Shown here: piece by piece, positions 12,601-23,795 of the stretch
How the letters are laid out: every line of letters starts with the position of its first letter
How positions within the stretch are numbered: the stretch's first letter is position 1
Assembly (NCBI RefSeq): GCF_001194135.2
Contig: NC_068991.1
Span: 52,716,072 to 52,752,655, forward strand
Length of the DNA stretch: 36,584 nucleotides
Reading direction: 5' to 3'
Source: Octopus bimaculoides
Lineage: Eukaryota
Program-made: the position numbers and the translations under genes
Notes under the pieces: model-generated
Databases searched by the model: none
Seen by the model: the letters and a program-made list of their open reading frames with translations, nothing else
What the model was told of the DNA's origin: nothing

Positions 12601-15600
12601 GCCCCACCCTCCTTCCCTGCCACAGGTGGACGGTCGTGTTTGAAACAGAATAGAGAAGCAGTGGTTTTTAGATCAGTAGGGAAGGGGTCAGGAAGGATGA
12701 AGAACTGGAAGTGAGGGGAAGTGACATCATTTCAGGAAGCAGTAGGTTCTATTTCTTTCTGGCCAGAGCTTGGGTGGAGCACATGTGTTGAAGAACTGTT
12801 AAGTTTTGCTGGTTTTCATGACCTGAGACATGGAAGGACCATTGCTGATTGCATCACAAGGTAAGAGTAACCTTTATTTGTGCCTTATAACTACAAAAAT
12901 TTCATTAAAGCGAAATATTTTAAATACTCTATTATATTGGTAGAATTTTAAAAATTTATTTGCAGCATACCTTTGAATTTGAAATATATCCTGTAAGAAA
13001 AAATAAAGAAATTTTGGTTCATCTTTATCCGTTGCCGGAATCTGAAAACAATTCTCCTCCTGCTCAGGAAGTTGATACAATCAGTAAGGAACCTGAAATT
13101 ATTATTTATTTAAAATCTTGGAGGAAACTGGTAGCATCATCATCATCATTTTCACCACCATCACCACTATCACAACCACCACCACCATCATCATCGCCAC
13201 CGCCCTCATAACAACCATCATAGATCTCTTGGCATGATCTTGGAGAGGGTTGTATCATCAGAGTCATCAGTTCTTGTTTGGAATTTCTGCTACCTAGAAG
13301 GGCTAGGGACCATTCTCACCATGTCTCGGCACAGTTTCCTTGGCTGGATGCTCTTTTGAGCACCAACAACTTGACAGAATATACTGTTACCTTTTATCAT
13401 GGCACCAATGCTAGACAGGTTGTCATATCTTTGGTAAGACTAAATAATTATCTGTATGCTCTCTACATTTATTCTAGACATTGTGACCAAGAACAGAGGG
13501 ATAACATGGACAGAACCAGAGTAAGAGAGGAAAGAGTGAGAAGAGGAAAACAGAGTAATGTGAGAGAGAGGAGGCATGAAACATGATGGAAGAGAGATAG
13601 TGATAAAGACCTATGAATGGCATGATAGAGAAAGCAAGAGTGATAGGCAGGAGACAGTCTCTGTCTTTTTAGTATATCAACTCACATAAGTCGTCTCATA
13701 TAGTGATAGGATGAAGAGTGAATGTTATATGAGAGAATAATAATGAGGAGTAGGAGTGCAATAGGGAAAACTTAACAAGTGAATAATGGAAAAGCGATCT
13801 AAACACAGACATTATACAACCATGCCATCTTATTGTCCAGTTTGCTCTGATTTTATGGATGATTGCATTGATCTTCCTCAACATCATAAGTTGCTGCTCA
13901 GTATATTTTTTTTGTTGTCTTTTTCATGAGATTCTCCCTCTTTAGATCAGTGTTCACCTCTTTGTTCCATGTTATTCTTAGTCTAATCCTAATTTCCTTC
14001 ACAAACACCAGATTACATGGGATCCCATCCACTTTGATCTCTTGGTATTTCTTCATACAACTGACATCTTTCATATGCATCACATATCCATAGCAGCATA
14101 GTTTTCTTTCTTACACAGAACAACTTGTGTCCAAGTTTGCTCTCAGCTCATTTATGCCTTGTTTGTCATGCGTACTAAACATTACACATCCATTGGAGCA
14201 TGCTTATTTCATATTTCTGTAACCTTTGCAAATCTTTTGTATTCAAGCCCTACATCTCATTACTGTACAACATCACACTTGATACAAAAGCATCATACAA
14301 TCTACCCTTCTCGCTGACCAGTTTGCTTTAAAAAAACCCTTGATTTGTTTTGGTTCGGAAATATTAATTGATACATGCATTTGATATTATTGATAAATTA
14401 GATATAATTGGATATAAAATTGCATAGAACAGAATTGAGCAGGAGATAAAGACAAATAACTTCACAAAAAATATATATTAGTGACAGAGGCAGTATTAAT
14501 TCTGAGATATATTTTTTCCCACTTAAACATGGATGTTCTGTTAGAACAAACTTTACAGCAATAGATGTCATGAGAGAAACTCACATATAGGCTTTTGGTG
14601 AAAAATGCATGCTTGTTTATTTTTATCACCAGCAGGGCAATAAATCCCCACCCAAAAGGTTTACAAAAGAAATTTCAGAAAGAAAAGTGAAAATCTAGTA
14701 TTGAAAAACCTGAAATTAAACTTGGTAAAAACTAAAGTTTTAGCAAGTAGGAAAGACAGACACTGATACCATCAAGAAAATTACTCTATTTGATATGCAG
14801 AAAAAGAATAGGTAGAAATTTCATATAGCACGCCCATTGTAAACTATGGATGTAAAACAGGTGTAGTGGGGTCACTGGCTTACAGAGAAGGTAGACTTTA
14901 TATGCATAGGAAAAGTCTGCAGTTAGAGCTTATGTAAAATAATGTCTTTTAAATGCTCAAAATACCTTTTAGTTGATAATTATTTTTACCTAGTTGACCT
15001 AGGTAACTGGGTGTTCCAAAAGCATAGAAGCTGTAGGAAGAATGAGGTAGTAAATGTTGTCATTGATGATGAAGTAGAAGGCTAAAAATTATTTGTTATT
15101 TCTATATTTTAATGTTGATTTTTAACTGGACTACATATGTAGCTAGTATTATTGGATTCAAATTTTGCCACAAAGTTTGCAAGTTTAGGGGAAGGAGAAA
15201 GTCAATTACATTGACCTCAGTGCTCAACTGGTACTTTTTTTTATCAGAATTCTGCCAGTTCACTTCCTTATGTAGCCAGTAATATTGGTATTCACATGTA
15301 TTTACTAAAACTGATGTATATTCTATGGAAGAGCATTGAAGCTGATTTCTTAACACCTGTCTAATTGCACAGAATTATATTAGTAGGAAGAATGACTTTC
15401 TGCTGTTAATGATTCTAGACATTCACAAACATTCCTGCTGCAAGTTTCTGACATTTGAAAGAACATGGTAATCTTAATGTTAAAGATGAGATTAGCAATA
15501 AAGATATTGAAACTTGTTTGTGGGAATGACTCTTGTAATATTGTTGGAACAATGGCTTGCTTCAGTAGGTTCCATAGAACCTTGTAGTGTGCAACCAGTT

Positions 15601-18600
15601 GAGATACATGGTGTAGTATAGATGCTTTTTTCTTTCTTTTTCTTTCCTTCTGTTTTTTTTCTTTTTTTTCTGTGCTCATGTTTGTTTTTCCTTTATATTT
15701 GTATTTGAATGTGGGTTTTTTTTCTTGTATGTTTATTATAATGTAATTATATAAAAGCTTTCAACAACCATTGAAATATTGACATGAAAATTATAATCTT
15801 AAATATTTCCTTTTTTGTTTAAATTTAGTCAGCCTTGGCCTATTTTAACAACATTTACTATCTGTGTAATGTTTATGTTCACATAAATGGTTTCCCTTTA
15901 CTTTTGCAGTGTGTCGTGAATGGACAACTCTAATAAATTACAGACTAAAAGAGGACAAGTTAATTGTGGATTTTGAACAAGGACCTTCAAAGTGTAATAT
16001 AAAAATGTATGATATAAGGCTTTATGATGGACAGTTACAAGTTTTAAAGGAGGCGACTGTCAATTCTTCCAAGGTTTGTCATTTTTTCTCTGTTGCAGTG
16101 TAATTTGTAAATTATCAGTAATGAAATAGAGAAATATTTCTTCTTTTTTAAGGCAAATTATTTCCCTGTCTTGACTTATATTATTCATTAATCAGTTTTA
16201 AGTAGAGATCTATTGCATAAAACCTCTATTGGTTTACTGATTTACCATGTCTTTGAATTTCCTTCCATAGAAAATGTAGAGGCTTCTTACACAGATTTTA
16301 TAATCTCTCATTAAAGTGTTCTCAGTAGAACATTTTATCCCATTTTTGTCTGGGATTAACAAGTAAAATGATCATAAGCTTGTTGCTTATTTCTCTAAAT
16401 TATTTTTCTTGAGAAGATTTCATTTTAAACATTTTATTTTCAACCTTTACCATATTCCACATGAAAAAGGAAATTAAAATTTCATATCATTCAAAAATTA
16501 TTTTAATATGAACATATTAAAAATAAGTTTTGAAGAGGTTCTACTAAATTACTTTATATTTCCATTCTTTGATGTCTTTTAACTAAGTATATTCTTGNNN
16601 NNNNNNNNNNNNNNNNNNNNNNNNNNNNNNNNNNNNNNNNNNNNNNNNNNNNNNNNNNNNNNNNNNNNNNNNNNNNNNNNNNNNNNNNNNNNNNNNNNNN
16701 NNNNNNNNNNNNNNNNNNNNNNNNNNNNNNNNNNNNNNNNNNNNNNNNNNNNNNNNNNNNNNNNNNNNNNNNNNNNNNNNNNNNNNNNNNNNNNNNNNNN
16801 NNNNNNNNNNNNNNNNNNNNNNNNNNNNNNNNAAAGAATGATGATTCTTCTAAGTATATAAACACTACTACTAAAAAAAAAAAACTTTCTTTCTTGTTTC
16901 AACTATTAAATTAGTAGTGATTTTTGTCTTGACTAAAACTTAATTTTAACCATTGAATTCGGTGAAATATAAATCATTTCACCAAACTTAATGGTGCCAG
17001 AATAATTAATATATCTATAAATTCTTAATTTTTTTTCCCTTTTTTTTGTCTTTTTAAGACGACCACAAGATTAACCCATGAATTTCATGGAATATGTTCT
17101 GGAACCTACTTCATAACTGTAAGTTATTCTCCATATTGGTCTTTGTTTACTACATTTTGTTAAATTATTACATTTGATAAGAATTCTGTTAATTTGGATA
17201 ATTGCATGAATTGTTTTATGTGTTCCCTAATGTAAACTGAAAAATATGAATATATGATGAATAAGGATGTTTATTACTTTAAGTCAAAATGTTGGGTATG
17301 CTAACCATATCCAAAAGGTAACTAAATTGCTAAAATTTACATTAAGTATTGATGGTTACCTTATATAGTTAGAGACCATGGTGATAATGGAAAAACTTTG
17401 CACTTCAAAGGTTATCTTATATGGTTGCTTATCTTTGATGTTGTTTCTAAGAAACCTTTACCATTTTAAAACATTGACATATCATCATCATCATCTTTTG
17501 AATGTCTATGTATTTTCAAGGGCCAAAAGAGAGTATGTTGAAGTAGAGTCCTTCTACAGCCTGATGCTCTTCCAATCATCAACCTCTACTTTTCCAAGGG
17601 AGGTAATAATTTCCCATACTATTGGACAACTGAAACCCCAGACATGTTTTATGTATGAAACTGGAAACACATGACAGCCTCTTGTTTATAGAGATCGTGT
17701 AACAAGTCAAGGTATATCAGGAAGCTTGGATATCCTTTCGTTATGGATTGTAAGTCAATGACACTGACAGAAGGCTTTTGTTTATAAGCCAGCAAACACA
17801 AGGGAAACACATACACATATAGATAAACACACACATGCATGCATGTATACATATGTATGTAAATATGTACATACCTGTGGAGGTGCATGGCTTAGTGGTT
17901 AGGGTGTCAGCATCATGATTGTAAGATTGTGGTTTTGATTCCTGTACTGGGCGACGTGTTGTGTTCTTGAGCAAGACACTTCATTTCATGTTGCTCCAGT
18001 TCACTCAGCTGGCAAAAATTAGTAACGCTGCGATGGACTGGCGTCCCGTCCAGCTGGGGAACACATACGCCATTGAAACCGGGACACCAGGCCCATGAGC
18101 CTGATCTTCACCACATTAAACACTTCTACAGATATTAGTTCTCTGAAAATTGAAAAGTGGGCAGCTTTTTCACCCTATAACTCTTATTATTTGAAACTCC
18201 ACAAAATATCCATAGGGCCTCTCCCTCAAAGTGAAAGGTAGATTGTATGATGCCTGTGCTCAGGTTGCTATGTTACATGTCAGTGACTGCAGAGGAGATA
18301 CAAAGGCTGGAAAGAAATGGAACCAGCATGCTCCACTGGATGTGCAATGTTAGTGTGCATGTGCGACAGAGTGTAAGTGTCTTAAGAGAAGAATTGGGTT
18401 TAAGAGGCATCAGATGTAGTGTGTAAGGGAGAAGACTATGGGGGGAACCTGTGGAAGGGGTAGACCCAGGAACATGTGGGACAAAATGGTGGGAAAGGGT
18501 CTTCAGATGTTGAGCCTCACAGAGGAGATGACAAGGGACCGAGACTTCTGGCAATTCGTTGTGCTTGAGAAGTCATGTCAAGCTAAGAGAAATTGTGACA

Positions 18601-21600
18601 AGCCATGCCCCCCTGACCAAATCTGTCCTCTGTCAAAACTCCCCCACCATCTTCTCATCATCCACCATCCCATCATATCACCTATGATCACTACCCACTA
18701 TAGGCCCCTCCTCTCTCCTTCAATTGCCTGTTTGCATACTCTGTGCCCTCACATACCTTTTATATCCCACTACCTTCCACTCCAATTTCTCTTACCATTA
18801 CTTACTAATGACCCTTTCCTCATCTCTAGATATCTCCTCTTACACTCTTATGGAACATCCCCTTCTCTCTACTCTGTACCATTTACACTCCTCCCATCAC
18901 TACCTGAGGGTAGGTCCCAAAGCATCTCCAACTCCATCTCTCTCTCTCTCTCACTCTGACTCTCTCACTCTGACTCTCTCACTCTGACTCTCTCACTCTG
19001 ACTCTCTCTCTCCTCTCGTTTCTTACTGGGTTGCCAAGTATCTCCTCTATTGTAAGACACCTCTCTCTATGCCTCTATTATACTCTAACCTCTCAACTGG
19101 CACAAAGCCCCTTCCCATGGTTTCACTCTCTCTCCTAGCTGAGAGGTCTTCATCTTGCAAGTTACTGGATGACCCTACTGATGTCAGTACCAGTACTGAT
19201 GCCACATAAGAAGCACCCAGTACACTCCTCTACTAAGTGATTGGCATTAGGAAAGGCATTCAGCCCTGGAAATCATGCCAAAGCAGACAATGGAACCTGG
19301 TGCAGCTCTCTGGCTTGCCAGCTCCTGTCAACCAACCAGCTCATGCCAGCATAGAAAACATGTTAAATGATGGTAATCATGATGATCGAAGAAAGGAGTT
19401 AACAGAACATATTACAATTGTTTCATCACTATTCAGTATAACCAATTTTGTATGATATTGTAATCATGTTGGCAACTATTGATTAATTTTCATGTGTTAT
19501 GTAAGATTTCTTTTATTGCACATTTTAGAAATGATTCCTCAGAAATCCATTCAAAATAATATCAATTTTTAAAGAATTCTGAGAAATCATTTAAAAGGAA
19601 TTCTGGATTTGATTGATGTTGTTTGGACTCTAACAATACATTTCCTTTATTCTGTTGTCTGAAGATCAAAATTTTAAGACTAACTTGAGTTTGTTTGCTA
19701 GGATTATCATCATACTTGTCATTATTTAATGTCTCTTTTTTTTCCATGCTGGAATGAACCAAATGTTTTGACAGGAACCAGTGAGCCAGAGGGTTGTGCC
19801 AAGCTACAACATCTGCTTTGGCATGGTTCCAACAGCTGGATGTCCTTTAAAATACCAACTACTTCACAAAGTATGCCGGGTGCTTTTTTTTTTTTTGTGG
19901 CACCAGCACTTGTGAGAACACGAGTGAGTATAGTATTGAAGGAGGTGAAAGTAGGACAGACGGACAAGAGCAGGTGTCTTGCTGAAGAGGTGAATACATG
20001 TGGCTTCCCCAACTGGGAAGAGAGAAAGATGTGAGGTTAAAGCACAAGGATATGTTATGATGAAAGTATTGAAGCTTCTCTCTCATTTGTTTTGTTTGTT
20101 TATTTCAATATTTATTCATTGGATGTCTTTTTTCTTTTCATTTTAAAGGTTGAAATACTTGATGAAGATCCCTTCAGCAACTGTATTTGTGTAAACAGGA
20201 AGCAACAATGTGGTGGAGGATGTTATCGGTCGAAATCTAAAAACTTTACGAGTAAGTGAAACTAAATCAATGCCAAAGAAACATTATTAAAATACAGGTT
20301 ATGTATTGTGCATTTTGCATAAAATGTCTGGAAATCAGCAATGAAGGTTGATGGTAGGTGGGTGGATATAGAGTCTGCGGGAGTTTCAGAGTAATGTAGT
20401 TTGTATGATGGTGGCAGTCATGAGTAAGGTGCTTAATGGACTTATGGGGAATAAGATAGAGTATTAGTAATGGAAGGAAATAGGGGTTATGGGTAGCTAG
20501 TCAGTTCAGCCAGTTAGGTGGTGGATAGCTAGCTGCTTGAGAGGAGATAATAGTGGTATGAAAAAAACGAGGCATTCGTAATTTGAAAAGAGGCGAGCAT
20601 TTGAAGATTACTGATAAATGTAGGGTTGGTTTCTGATGTGGATATATTTTTCTGCTGTCTTAAATGTAGGTCTATAGGGATGAGAATACTGTCCTTGATT
20701 TGGAAGCAGTAATTTAGTGTAAAATAAATTTGTATGTTTCATAGAGTTTAGCAGTTGGTCAGAGAGTAAATATTTGAAATGATAACTGAATAATATTTGT
20801 CTTTTGTCAATGAAATGGAACTAAAAGATCTGACGAGATCAATAACTTTAATTTGGCATAGACATCCACTAAGTGATAAAGATTAGTGTTATCAAACCAG
20901 GGTAAGTGGAACAAAAGTGATGTAATAATAAGTACTCTCTAATATTATCAACTAAGCATAGTTGAAAATCTAATAATCTTTTATTTCAAATCACACCTGG
21001 TAGAATAAAAACAGCATTGTAATTTACTTACATAATAATATATATTTGGATTTATAACATCTAGATATCCAAGGAACCTCTGCACTTGTATATTCATCTG
21101 ATCAATTCTGCTAAATTTCCAGGTATCATTTTAGTTATTAAACAGTCAAAAAATTCACAAAACTGACATTATCGAAACCCATCATTTTCCATGATAAACC
21201 CTGAAAGGTATTTGAAAGTCTAATTTAGTTATTTGTGTGTAATTAATATTTATCTCTAGTTTACTTCTTAATCCTAAATATTATTTTTCAGTTAACTAGT
21301 TATAATTAAGAATTACTATGACCACTGCAAAGATGTTTAGTTCAAGTGACTTATGTGTGAGTGAGAGAGAGTCTGGGGGGAGAGTCCTTCTCTTTTGGTG
21401 CCTTATAACTTAACACACTCACTGGTAAAATTTCCACTTATTTCTTTTTTATTTTTCTAAAATTTTCGTTGCATCTTGCAAACTTTTCAATGGTCAATGG
21501 CACAGGAGTGGCTGTGTGGTAAGTAGCTTGCTTATCAACCACATGGTTCCAGGTTCATTCCCACTGTGTAGCACCTTGGGCAAATGCCTTCTACTATATC

Positions 21601-23795
21601 TTTGGGCCGATCAAAGCCTTGTGAGTGGATTTGGTAGACGGAAACTGAAAGAAGCCTGTCATATATATGTATGTGTGTGTATATGTTTGTGNNNNNNNNN
21701 NGCCTGTCATATATATGTATGTGTGTGTATATGTTTGTGTCTGTGTTTGTCCCCCCAACATTGCTTGACAACCGATGGGGGTGTGTTTACATCTCCGTAA
21801 CATAACGGTTTGGCAAAAGTGACCAATAGAATAAGTACCACGCTTCTAAAGAATAAGTCCTGGGGTCGATTTGCTCGACTAAAAGGCAGTGCTCCAGCAT
21901 GGCCACAGTCAAATAACTGAAACAAGTAAACGAGAAAAAATAAAAGAGTAAAAGAGTCGTTGACTCTGTCTGTTACTCCTTTAGAAAAATAAAAAAGAAA
22001 TAAGTGGAAATTTTACTGGTGAGTGTGTTAAGTTATAAGGCACCAAAAGAGAACGACTCTCCCCAGACACAACAGAATATGTTTCAACACACGAACTCAC
22101 ATAAACAATTTTGCAAACCAAATTCAAAAATGAAATATATATATATATATATATGTATAATGGTCTGTCAAATGAAAGGCACCAAAAGTAAAATCATTAA
22201 TGAGATATCCATATGTTGTTTATCCAAAAACGTTTATAACAATTGGGACTCTAAAGAGCGAAGGATCTGTTGGTTCTATTGCATTTTCATAGGTCAATTA
22301 ACTACTGTTAAAAACAAGTTCTTAATATTACAAAGTAAGAATGCTAAGCAATGATATGTATAAATGCAATGTTATTAACAATTCAAATATGCTTGTGGCA
22401 TGTTTGCACTAATAAACAAGCCTTTCACTGTGTTGACATTCCCATTATTGACAATGTTTGCAGCGCCCCCTTTCCATCGTCAACGACGAGAAATTTTCTC
22501 CATGACCAAACACTGTGAAGTTCTTAATGTTTCTACCAGAGATCTAAATGGCTAGTCACTTATTGACGTCATCAATTCTTGACAAAGTCCTGTTGTTGTT
22601 TATAGTTATTTGGTTTCAATTCCTAAACTGTGAGTTGGTGTTTAGGACTCTACTAACATTAATGAGCTTACATTAAACAAGCTCATAATTATTTCTTCCC
22701 ACATAATTACATACCATCTCAAGCTATGTATTTAATATGCAAGCACCAGATATTCAGCCCATCTCTAATCACTAGCAATACTTATTTTTTTTGCCTTAAA
22801 TCTATACTAAACCAAGATGTCTCTACAAAACATTAAACAACTTTTGTGCATTACACAAAACATTTTAATGGTTTTCACTAGACATGTAAGAGATAAAAGA
22901 ACAATGCTGATAGAGGGCTGAACATGCTGGGTCAATCCCTGACCTTACATTCAGTCAGAGTAAGGCAATTTCAACAGTAGTTAATAGTAATGTGTACAAT
23001 AAATCATAAACTGTGCCAGCTCAGCTTGGCTTCACAATTCACACTCAAACATAAGATCTTTCTTTTTCTATCTGGTTTGCAAGATTCTTTATGTGAGTTC
23101 GTGTGTTGAAACAGATTTTGTTATATCTAGGGAGAGTTGTCATGCCAATATAATTAACAAACAAAACAATCAGATTTTGAACCAGTGTGTGTGTTAATTA
23201 TATTAGCATGATGATGATTCTACCTAGGCACAACAAAATAAAGTCCTTACTTTTATTGTAAATGATTTAAAACAATGCTTTTGGAAATGTGGCATAGTTA
23301 TGTGTCCTAATCTATTATTGTTGCCTCTGTAAACATCAAACCATCCTCAAAAACTGATACCAATACTCTAAAAATGAAATTACAACACCATCTTTAAAAT
23401 ATTGAATCTACTATATTGTGGAAACAAACAGAAAACACTTAAAAATTGAAATAACTGCAGCATTGATGGCTGCATGTGCTTAAATTTTGTGCTGTGTTAT
23501 AATTTAAGCATAATGAATTGAAGCTAACATCTGTTGAACTAATTTAACAATATTTTTGTTTATTGAAGTTAACATGACATTTAAAAAAATTATTTGCAAT
23601 TCTATCTTTGACTTGTATTTTATTTTTTAGTTTTTGGTTCATCATCTACAATGTCATCATCAGTAAATGTGACTACAGCTAAGATGGGTTTTACAACAGA
23701 AACTAACAGCACTTTTAAATTAACCATATTCTTCGCTATTATTAGTGTTATGATCGGTCTGCTACTTTTGGTTCTTAGTTTTTACTGTTGCAAGC
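6489..23795 (+). CDS. IL17R: Multi-exon IL-17 receptor-like type I membrane protein (2 FnIII-like domains, S/T stalk, TM); 5' end and cytoplasmic end uncertain
   Basis: Seven exons with AG/GT boundaries join in frame (phases 1-1, 1-0, 0-1, 1-0, 0-0, 0-1, 1-1). The manual translation shows IL-17R-like motifs: AVW-NA-NLTHLKGFKI...ICRILDFS; LVHLYPLP; CREW..LI; GTYFITVEI..DPF..CIC.....C...CYR. A TM helix and several N-x-S/T sequons follow. The assignment is to the family from recalled motifs; orthology is not established. Confidence 0.8.
7040..8710 (-). mobile_element. Fragmented Gypsy pol (RT, RNase H, integrase) with a probable 3' LTR remnant (~7040-7215)
   Basis: DLSNTYL..INTHRGLYRYTRLPF..APAIFQ..YLDNI (RT); LQAFLGLASYY..PLNDLLKK and KYSQIEKEALSTIFAVKKFH..LQTDH (RNase H); YYLIMVDS..WPEV (integrase); many stops and frameshifts. 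Confidence 0.9.
7345..7390 (+). ncRNA. Candidate minimal type I hammerhead ribozyme within a ~120-bp insertion interrupting the Gypsy integrase
   Basis: GAUAC-CUGAUGA-a-GGCUG..CAAUC-GAAA-CG-UU-GUGUU: core intact, stem I 5 pairs (2 GU), stem II 4/5 pairs, palindromic ACGU stem III. Confidence 0.6.
8730..9772 (+). mobile_element. 5'-truncated RTE LINE: RT C-terminus, 3' UTR with tandem repeats, and tail
   Basis: ARIRIAWAKFRELLPLL..KGRLYDACV..MLHSSETW; LERNEASMIRWMCNVS; W.DHVLRMDED; (GAT)n tail. Confidence 0.9.
9840..9952 (+). CDS. IL17R-like exon: NLTHLKGFKIEYEYKDSGIKICRILDFSEYLKNKSISN
   Basis: Acceptor ttttaatag|, donor |gtgagt, 113 nt, phase 1-0; resembles the IL17RA 'SILYLEG...LCVRFEF' segment. 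Confidence 0.85.
10987..12858 (+). mobile_element. Internally deleted Gypsy element with diverged LTR-like direct repeats (~10987-11392; ~12637-12858) and protease, RT and integrase-tail remnants
   Basis: Shared block gacatca.ttc..gaag..ttctttctggc.agagcttgggtggag..ttaagttttgctggtt at 11165-11350 and 12720-12845; ORF 11546-11920 (IED.GFYAEFDGERW.VEY.WKE..FEREVDK); LKSAYLQL; DEVWVKSP..QWEKGKV..DGMPC. Confidence 0.75.
12966..13083 (+). CDS. IL17R-like exon: HTFEFEIYPVRKNKEILVHLYPLPESENNSPPAQEVDTI
   Basis: Acceptor atttgcag|, donor |gtaagg, 118 nt, phase 0-1; V-H-x-x-P-L-P end-of-D1 motif. Confidence 0.85.
13880..14310 (-). mobile_element. Degenerate RTE LINE RT C-terminal fragment
   Basis: Reverse strand gaaataagcatgctccaatggatgtgtaatg matches the EASMIRWMCNV region of 8730-9772. 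Confidence 0.55.
15910..16073 (+). CDS. IL17R-like exon (D2): MCREWTTLINYRLKEDKLIVDFEQGPSKCNIKMYDIRLYDGQLQVLKEATVNSSK
   Basis: Acceptor cttttgcag|, donor |gtttgt, 164 nt, phase 1-0. Confidence 0.85.
17059..17118 (+). CDS. IL17R-like 60-nt exon: TTTRLTHEFHGICSGTYFIT
   Basis: Long poly-T acceptor ending taag|, donor |gtaagt, phase 0-0; FnIII 'G-x-Y-x-I' strand F. Confidence 0.85.
17878..18105 (+). mobile_element. tRNA-derived SINE with a V-SINE-like core
   Basis: A/B-box-like tggcttagtgg and ggttttgattcc; gtgttcttgagcaagacact; ctgcgatggactggcgtcccgtccag. Superfamily assignment is from memory. Confidence 0.7.
18205..19385 (+). mobile_element. Degenerate RTE LINE 3' fragment (RT C-terminus 18205-18600; UTR and tail to 19385)
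   Basis: aaagtgaaaggtagattgtatgatgc and ctggatgtgcaatgttagtgtgcat match the 8730 copy; GTCGRGRPRNMW; family tail at 19210-19385. Confidence 0.8.
18947..19003. repeat. 14-bp tandem repeat (tctctcactctgac) x4
   Basis: Read directly. Confidence 0.85.
19715..20040 (-). mobile_element. RTE-family 3' UTR/tail copy in reverse orientation
   Basis: Reverse complement contains aagcacccgg..gacatccagctgt..ccatgccaaagcag..ccagcatggaaaa. Confidence 0.7.
20149..20251 (+). CDS. IL17R-like Cys-rich exon: VEILDEDPFSNCICVNRKQQCGGGCYRSKSKNFT
   Basis: Acceptor ttttaaag|, donor |gtaagt, 103 nt, phase 0-1; C-x-C...C-x3-C-x-R pattern. Confidence 0.88.
21457..21493 (-). ncRNA. Candidate minimal hammerhead ribozyme, U3-A8 core variant
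   Basis: Minus strand CCA-UUGAAAA-GUUUGC-AAGAU-GCAAC-GAAA-AU-UU-UAG; good stem II, palindromic AAUU stem III, weak stem I. Confidence 0.35.
21499..21935 (+). mobile_element. Near full-length tRNA-derived SINE with a central microsatellite
   Basis: tggctgtgtggtaag A-box-like, ggttcattccc B-box-like, caccttgggcaa core, gaaactgaaagaagcc, tail ctgaaacaagtaaa; partial copies at 25535-25745 (-) and 28065-28275 (+). Confidence 0.8.
22330..22700 (-). mobile_element. Highly degenerate Penelope-like GIY-YIG C-terminal region
   Basis: Mosaic translation ..SHLDLW..VWSW..GRCKHC..SERLVY.CKHAT resembles the 31395-31664 motif set. Confidence 0.4.
23631..23795 (+). CDS. IL17R-like stalk + transmembrane exon: IFGSSSTMSSSVNVTTAKMGFTTETNSTFKLTIFFAIISVMIGLLLLVLSFYCCK
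   Basis: Acceptor tattttttag|, donor |gtgagt, 165 nt, phase 1-1; ~23-aa hydrophobic stretch followed by CCK. Confidence 0.88.

Larger units (their letters stand above)
21371..22068. repeat. ~90-bp inverted repeat (21371-21461 / 21980-22068) flanking the SINE
   Basis: The arms align with about 5 differences; a further reverse copy of the adjacent segment (22057-22122) lies at ~23067-23136. Confidence 0.9.

Noticed and set aside
20300-20880. Possible retroelement remnant on the minus strand
   Set aside because: No motif could be confidently translated.
21654-21740. Exact direct duplication of ~38 bp on both sides of a 10-N gap
   Set aside because: Typical overlapping-contig assembly artefact inside the SINE microsatellite.
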